From the NCBI GenBank assembly GCA_965228855.1, contig CBDDIJ010000002.1:192001-256000 (forward strand): a DNA stretch of 64,000 nt. Reading direction: 5' to 3'. The position numbers and the translations under genes were made by a program. Source of the DNA: Candidatus Obscuribacterales bacterium (GTDB lineage Bacteria; Cyanobacteriota; Vampirovibrionia; Obscuribacterales; Obscuribacteraceae). The notes under the pieces were generated by a model that made no database searches, was not told the DNA's origin, and saw only the letters and a program-made list of their open reading frames with translations. Shown here piece after piece: positions 59,133 to 64,000 of this stretch. Every line of letters begins with the position of its first letter. The stretch's first letter is position 1.

Positions 59133-62100
59133 CTGAGTAGCGATAATACAGACAAGAAAAAAACCGGTGCAGCTTCCAACGAAGGGAAAGACGCATCGGG
59201 TCTGTCGTTCTCTATTCCTCCAGACGACTTGATTTTCGGAGAAGGCGAAGAGAAGGCAGATGTCTCGATTAAGCCTATAACGCCCAAAGAGGACCGCAGC
59301 GGCGCGGGTTGGAGCTACAAGCGCGACGCTTCGGAACCGCCGGTTTCCGGCTCATCCTCCGGTCCGGCTCCTGTTCCGGTACCTCCGCCGGCACTCTTCG
59401 GAGGACCAACTCCACCTCAAGACGCTGCCCAGTCGCCCAGACGCAGCGCAACAAATTTGCCGGGAGCCGGAGCACCACCACCGCCCCCTCCGCCACCCAG
59501 CTTCAACTGGGCAGCACCAACTGCGACACCATCACCGTCGCCGGATAAGACAGCGACCAGCGGCTTAGGAGGTTTAAACCTTCCAGACTTAGAGAACGAT
59601 CTTCCCGCTCTGGCTGGCGAACCTCCAGCATTTCTGGCGACACCACCGTCCTTCGGACTCAGCACTCCCGCCACCACAGATGGTGCACCTCCCGGATTTG
59701 GCGAGCCACCAAGTTTCGGAGCCACGACATCCGACAGTTCCTCCGATCCTGCTCAAGCCAGGACGCCGCTGTCGAAACGGCCACCAGCCAGAGGTCGAAT
59801 TCATTCCGATATCCATATCAATGAGCACCACCTTGAGCAGCCCGCTGCGCCTTCGAGCGATGCCGGTCTATCCCCATTCGCCCCCCAGACTTCCCCTGGT
59901 GGGCCTTCGCCCTTCGCTCCCTCCGCTCCAGCTCAATTAACGCCAGGACCCGCGCAATCACCGTTCGCACCTCCTGCGAGCTCCGAGCCGGCCGCTGTTT
60001 CACCTGTGACCGCGCCGCCGGCAGCGACACCTGCCCCACCACAACCACCGCCGCCAGCAGCCCCAGCACTATCATCGCCACCGGAACCAGCACTACCGCC
60101 GCCACCGGCACCGCCGGTACCACCACCAATTCCCCCGTCAGTCTCTTCGCAGCCGCTGCCACCGCCAATTCCTCCGCCTCCGGAACCTAAAGCTCCGGTG
60201 AAGCAGGAACAACGCCCCCGCACCGAGCAAAAGCCTCCAGCGCAACCCCAGCAGCGCCCACAGCTCTCATCGCAACAAAGACCGACCACCTCGCCGCGCA
60301 GTCAAATCGACGACAAGGCACTTCCAAAGCCGAAGGCGTTTGGGCAAATAATGCCCACCTCCAAGAAAGGTCCTGACCAGCCTCTGCGTCCTTCTGACCC
60401 TGGTCGGCATTCGCCTCCGCAGCCGGGACCAGGGAAAAACATTTTCACCGTTATCGGAGAAAACGACACGGTTTCACCGCCTGAACCAAAGCGCGTTCCG
60501 TTCCCGGACGACAGCATCATGCCCGGAAGTGGAATGCAAGCAGAACCACCGAACTGGCAGAATTCTCAGAGCAGCGGCACATACCGCAGCGGCATCACAC
60601 CTGAATCTCCGAGCGCTCCTCAAACGGGCTTCGACAACCTTCCGACAGACGATTGGAAGTTAGACGACTTAGATCAGAGGAGCGAACCGACCGGAACATC
60701 AAGCTCCCCGCAATCGCCCTTCGCACCACCGGAAGTGGCACAAAGCTCTCCGTTTGCCCCGGAGACGGGAAGCGGAGAAGAGAGAAGAACAGTCATTCCA
60801 TTCCCTGACGAATCTGCCGTTTTCATGCCCCCGCAAGGAGCCGCACCACTTGGCACACCAGGCAGCGCGACCGGTTTCGGAGAAGAGCAGGATTCGAATT
60901 TTGGATATTCGCAGTCGGGTTCGGATTATGCACAGCCGGATTTCGGCGATGCTCAGCGTGATCAAAGTTCCCCTGACTCTGAGTTTTCCGAACCAGGTTT
61001 TGAACAAGAGCCCGCTCCAACAGCGGCAGAACAAGAGAACACTGGAAACAAAGGCGTACCGAACAGCAAACAATTCAGAGAAGCATGCCTCGCTTCGAGT
61101 ACCGCAGACTCAGCCATGGCGAACGACAATTTCAAGGTCGCCATGCCTCTGTACAAGAAGGCGCACAAGCAGTTCAAAAAGGCCGATGCCACAGACTCGC
61201 AAGAGTTCGGAAATTGCCTGCATAAACTTGCGGACTGCTACTACCACACTGAAGAATACGAAGAAGCCCTCGCGCATTACGAAGAGTTCATTGAGTGGTC
61301 TAAACATCGCAGCACACAGCCTGACGTCTTAACGGTTGTAGTTAATTTGAAACGCGCCCGCACCTTCCAAAAACTTGACCGCGTAGATGACTGCGATCGC
61401 GCGTTTCACGAGACGGTAACAATGGCAAACAGAGCACTGCCTGTTTCCCACCCATTATTCACCGTTGTTTACAACAGCTACATCAGCATGCTCAAATTCT
61501 CCGGAAATGCAGCCGACAAGCTGACACAGGTCGAGGAACAGTTCGCAGAACGGATGATGACGTCATCACGGACGGTGGCAATTCCTGAAGACTTACAAGA
61601 AGAACTGAGCGCCTGGACAGACCTTGAAAAGGCTGATCAAGACAGACTTGAACGCAATCGACAATTGAAACTATCGCGCCATATGTTTCAAAATGAGCGG
61701 TCTCGGCCAGGTCAAATGGTTCACAGCATAACAGGCTCCGGTGCGTTCAAAACTATCGTCATAGTGGTCGTTTCGCTACTTCTGATCGGCAGTATCTCCG
61801 TGATGGGATTCGGTGCCTACATGCTGCTCGATCAATCGGGCGACAAAGCCGCAGAATCAAAAGACCTGGCAGATCCGGCACTAGGAGCCTACGTCGGCAA
61901 AGTTTATAAATCAGCGGACGGATTAAAAACGCTGACAATTAAGAAGGATGGAACTGCAACATTTGTTTTTGGAAACGATTCCGCCACCTTCGCCGCCGCT
62001 GCCGGCGCCCCCAAAGAGGGCATTGCAGAAGATCTGCGGAAGATGATGTTCGGCAAAAACAATTACATCGTCGAGGAAGTTCAAAAGGGTTTCCGCGACA

Positions 62101-62663
62101 AAGATGGCACCATTCTCTACGCGGAAGATTCAAAAAACCTGCGAATCACAACCGACATGCAGAATATCGCCGATCTCGCCAACTATTATTATTCGAGGCA
62201 CCAATCTCAATATCCGAAAAAACGCAAAGACTTCAGCGAAATGGGTCCTGACGTAAAGTGGGAAAACCCGCTCGGGCAGTCAATTAAACCAATCATCAAG
62301 GCGCATGAGTTTGAGAAATATGATGGTGATGTTGCGTTCTCCGAGAATCTAGACAAGTATCGCAAAGGTAAGAAAATCTTCGAACAGGACGGCAAAACAG
62401 GCGCACCGCCCGGGCTCATAGAATGCCTGAGCATCGTGCCTTTCGACGAATACCACACCGAAGACGGTGTTTCATTCATGGTGCGCGCGTACGATTCGAA
62501 CGGCAAATTCCTGACGTCCAGCATTCCGGGCGAAGTGTTCGTTATCTGCCAACGCAACGGCGTCAAACATACCGTGGTCAAAGCAGAAGATATCAAATCC
62601 CCCGTCAAGGACAGCAGCAAAACCACAGCCTATTTCAAGTTGATGTCCGGAAGTAAGAACTAG
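59133..62663 (+). CDS. Pro-rich, TPR-like, single-pass membrane protein (start uncertain: CTG 59133 or TTG 59229)
   Basis: Long Pro-rich N-terminus, TPR-like helices (LHKLADCYY...YEEALAHYE), one TM segment. Confidence 0.8.
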   Translation: MSSDNTDKKKTGAASNEGKDASGLSFSIPPDDLIFGEGEEKADVSIKPITPKEDRSGAGWSYKRDASEPPVSGSSSGPAPVPVPPPALFGGPTPPQDAAQSPRRSATNLPGAGAPPPPPPPPSFNWAAPTATPSPSPDKTATSGLGGLNLPDLENDLPALAGEPPAFLATPPSFGLSTPATTDGAPPGFGEPPSFGATTSDSSSDPAQARTPLSKRPPARGRIHSDIHINEHHLEQPAAPSSDAGLSPFAPQTSPGGPSPFAPSAPAQLTPGPAQSPFAPPASSEPAAVSPVTAPPAATPAPPQPPPPAAPALSSPPEPALPPPPAPPVPPPIPPSVSSQPLPPPIPPPPEPKAPVKQEQRPRTEQKPPAQPQQRPQLSSQQRPTTSPRSQIDDKALPKPKAFGQIMPTSKKGPDQPLRPSDPGRHSPPQPGPGKNIFTVIGENDTVSPPEPKRVPFPDDSIMPGSGMQAEPPNWQNSQSSGTYRSGITPESPSAPQTGFDNLPTDDWKLDDLDQRSEPTGTSSSPQSPFAPPEVAQSSPFAPETGSGEERRTVIPFPDESAVFMPPQGAAPLGTPGSATGFGEEQDSNFGYSQSGSDYAQPDFGDAQRDQSSPDSEFSEPGFEQEPAPTAAEQENTGNKGVPNSKQFREACLASSTADSAMANDNFKVAMPLYKKAHKQFKKADATDSQEFGNCLHKLADCYYHTEEYEEALAHYEEFIEWSKHRSTQPDVLTVVVNLKRARTFQKLDRVDDCDRAFHETVTMANRALPVSHPLFTVVYNSYISMLKFSGNAADKLTQVEEQFAERMMTSSRTVAIPEDLQEELSAWTDLEKADQDRLERNRQLKLSRHMFQNERSRPGQMVHSITGSGAFKTIVIVVVSLLLIGSISVMGFGAYMLLDQSGDKAAESKDLADPALGAYVGKVYKSADGLKTLTIKKDGTATFVFGNDSATFAAAAGAPKEGIAEDLRKMMFGKNNYIVEEVQKGFRDKDGTILYAEDSKNLRITTDMQNIADLANYYYSRHQSQYPKKRKDFSEMGPDVKWENPLGQSIKPIIKAHEFEKYDGDVAFSENLDKYRKGKKIFEQDGKTGAPPGLIECLSIVPFDEYHTEDGVSFMVRAYDSNGKFLTSSIPGEVFVICQRNGVKHTVVKAEDIKSPVKDSSKTTAYFKLMSGSKN

Positions 62664-62782
62664 AACCGGGAGCACTTTTGCCTACGCCACAATGCCGACC
62701 TGACCATTCCTACTATACTCGACAGGACTTACAACTAGACAGGACGAGGGTTTCGGGCTTTTCGCTCGCACTGGGAGCACTT

Positions 62783-62836
62783 TTGTCTACGCCACAATGC
62801 CGGATTTCGGCAAAAGCGTCATTGCCACGTAGCCAA
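62783..62836. repeat. 54-bp dispersed element, copy 14
   Basis: tt-GTCTA-cgccaca-ATGCC-N16-GTCAT-tgccacg-TAGCC-aa; half copy at ~62678. Confidence 0.85.
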
Positions 62837-62985
62837 ACCGAAAGTTTTCTGAGATTCACGCGACGAGAATCGGCGCAAACCCTGGAGGCATCGACCTCTA
62901 CAAAACACCTCAGATACGGACTTTTATAGTAGACAATGTGGGGAGAGGCGACGGGGAAAACGCTTGTTTCCCCGTCGCGTAGAAC

Positions 62986-63738
62986 TCAGACAGTGCGCAG
63001 ACTTTCGTACACCAGGTAGATACCTTTGAGCGTGAGCTCGCTGTCGATCACGTTTACCAGCTTGCGGCGGCGTCCGGCGTTGACGAGCGGGACCACGAGT
63101 TTGCCATCGCCGCCGGTGGCGACAACGACAGTATCATTTCCGAGCTCCCGGCGAGCTTGTTCGGCATACGCGCGGGCGATGCCCACGGTAGCCAGAAGAA
63201 CGCCGTTATCCATGCAACTGGGCGTGTCCTTGCCCAGAGCGACGGTGGACGGAGTCGTGCTCGCAGCGTGGTCGAGCAGGGCGCAGCTTCTCGCGAGCGT
63301 ATCGCGAGTGTGTTTGAGACCTAGAGTAAAAAGCGCGCCCTTGAACTTGCCGTCACGATCGACAGCCGTCAGGGTGATCGCGGTTCCCAAACCGATTACG
63401 GCCACCGGTTTGCCACAGGCGTGAAGTTTCACGGCGGCGGCGGCAGCAGACACAAGGTCAGCGCCGAGTTCGGCATTGGCTTCGAAGACATTCTGCGAAA
63501 CTGCATCGACAACGAACAGCTTGCGCCCGGCTGCCTGACAGAACTTGGTCACGGCATCGGTCACCGACGGTGCTACCGAGGCAAGCACTACCGGCAAGTT
63601 AGAGCGCAACAAAGCGCTTCTGGTCTTGCTTTTGGCGTGCCTTGTCAAATAGCTCCACTGTTCCAAAACAACGCCGTCTTCGATGACGGCGCATTTGACG
63701 CGTGTGTTGCCGGCGTCAACGGCGAGGATTTTTGACAT
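62986..63738 (-). CDS. coaX: type III pantothenate kinase
   Basis: AVDAGNTRVK, ASVAP, LGAD, LGTAIT, VATGGDG, LTLKG. Confidence 0.88.
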   Translation of the reverse strand: MSKILAVDAGNTRVKCAVIEDGVVLEQWSYLTRHAKSKTRSALLRSNLPVVLASVAPSVTDAVTKFCQAAGRKLFVVDAVSQNVFEANAELGADLVSAAAAAVKLHACGKPVAVIGLGTAITLTAVDRDGKFKGALFTLGLKHTRDTLARSCALLDHAASTTPSTVALGKDTPSCMDNGVLLATVGIARAYAEQARRELGNDTVVVATGGDGKLVVPLVNAGRRRKLVNVIDSELTLKGIYLVYESLRTV

Positions 63739-63889
63739 ATAGTCACTCCCGAACGGCGGGGCGACCGAGATCCCGAGATTGAACCAGTCAATCGTCGAGC
63801 ATCGTCGGCGCCCCGCCTACTTGAATTGGAAGAGATACACGCGACACCACAAGTGGTGCCACCTTCACCCTCGACCGTCAGTCGAAGGT

Positions 63890-64000
63890 TTACTTCGAGT
63901 CGCTGCCGGTCTTGCCTTCGTCTTCACGAATGCGCCGCTCGATCTCCGCACGGGCTTCAGCCGGCGTGCGCTTTTGGCGCTTCGGCGCCGACGGAGTGGC
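63890..64000 (-). CDS. 3' end of a CDS running off the window
   Basis: Open frame ATPSAPKRQKRTPAEARAEIERRIREDEGKTGSDSK* with high-GC3 codons. Confidence 0.5.
   Translation of the reverse strand, partial: ATPSAPKRQKRTPAEARAEIERRIREDEGKTGSDSK

Noticed and set aside
1671..62836. 54-bp elements as classical integron attC sites or rho-independent terminators
   Set aside because: No RYYYAAC/GTTRRRY ends, no intI gene and no U-tracts; separate terminator-like hairpins lie closer to the stop codons.
1..64000. tRNA, rRNA or known riboswitch
   Set aside because: No cloverleaf, rRNA-like or recognisable riboswitch sequence seen by eye; a covariance-model scan would be needed to exclude them.

Overview
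Bacterial chromosomal window. The gene style suggests Melainabacteria/Obscuribacterales, but this is an unverified impression. It has about 35 CDSs in short blocks that alternate between very high GC3 and moderate-GC codon usage. Recognisable genes: a CocE/NonD hydrolase, an IS110 recombinase, a histidine kinase and an OmpR-type regulator, an M28 peptidase, a patatin, two Zn alcohol/polyol dehydrogenases, HAD and DHH hydrolases, an ABC-D/SbmA-type transporter, a NAD salvage cluster (nadD, pncB-like, prs-like, nadE-pncA fusion) with a second prs/nadE-pncA copy ~16 kb away, a 2712-aa adhesin-like protein and coaX. The two strongest non-obvious signals are non-coding. (1) A dispersed 54-bp element (GTCWW-N7-WWGAC-N16-GTCWW-N7-WWGAC; 14 copies) separates most gene blocks, and a CTACTATA/TATAGTAG octamer flanks it at distances quantised to about 101, 112 and 123 bp, i.e. 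steps of one helical turn. (2) An IS110 element has inserted into one of these elements. All four bridge-RNA guide segments, the circle-junction promoter and a mismatched (GT vs CT) core can be read directly from the sequence.
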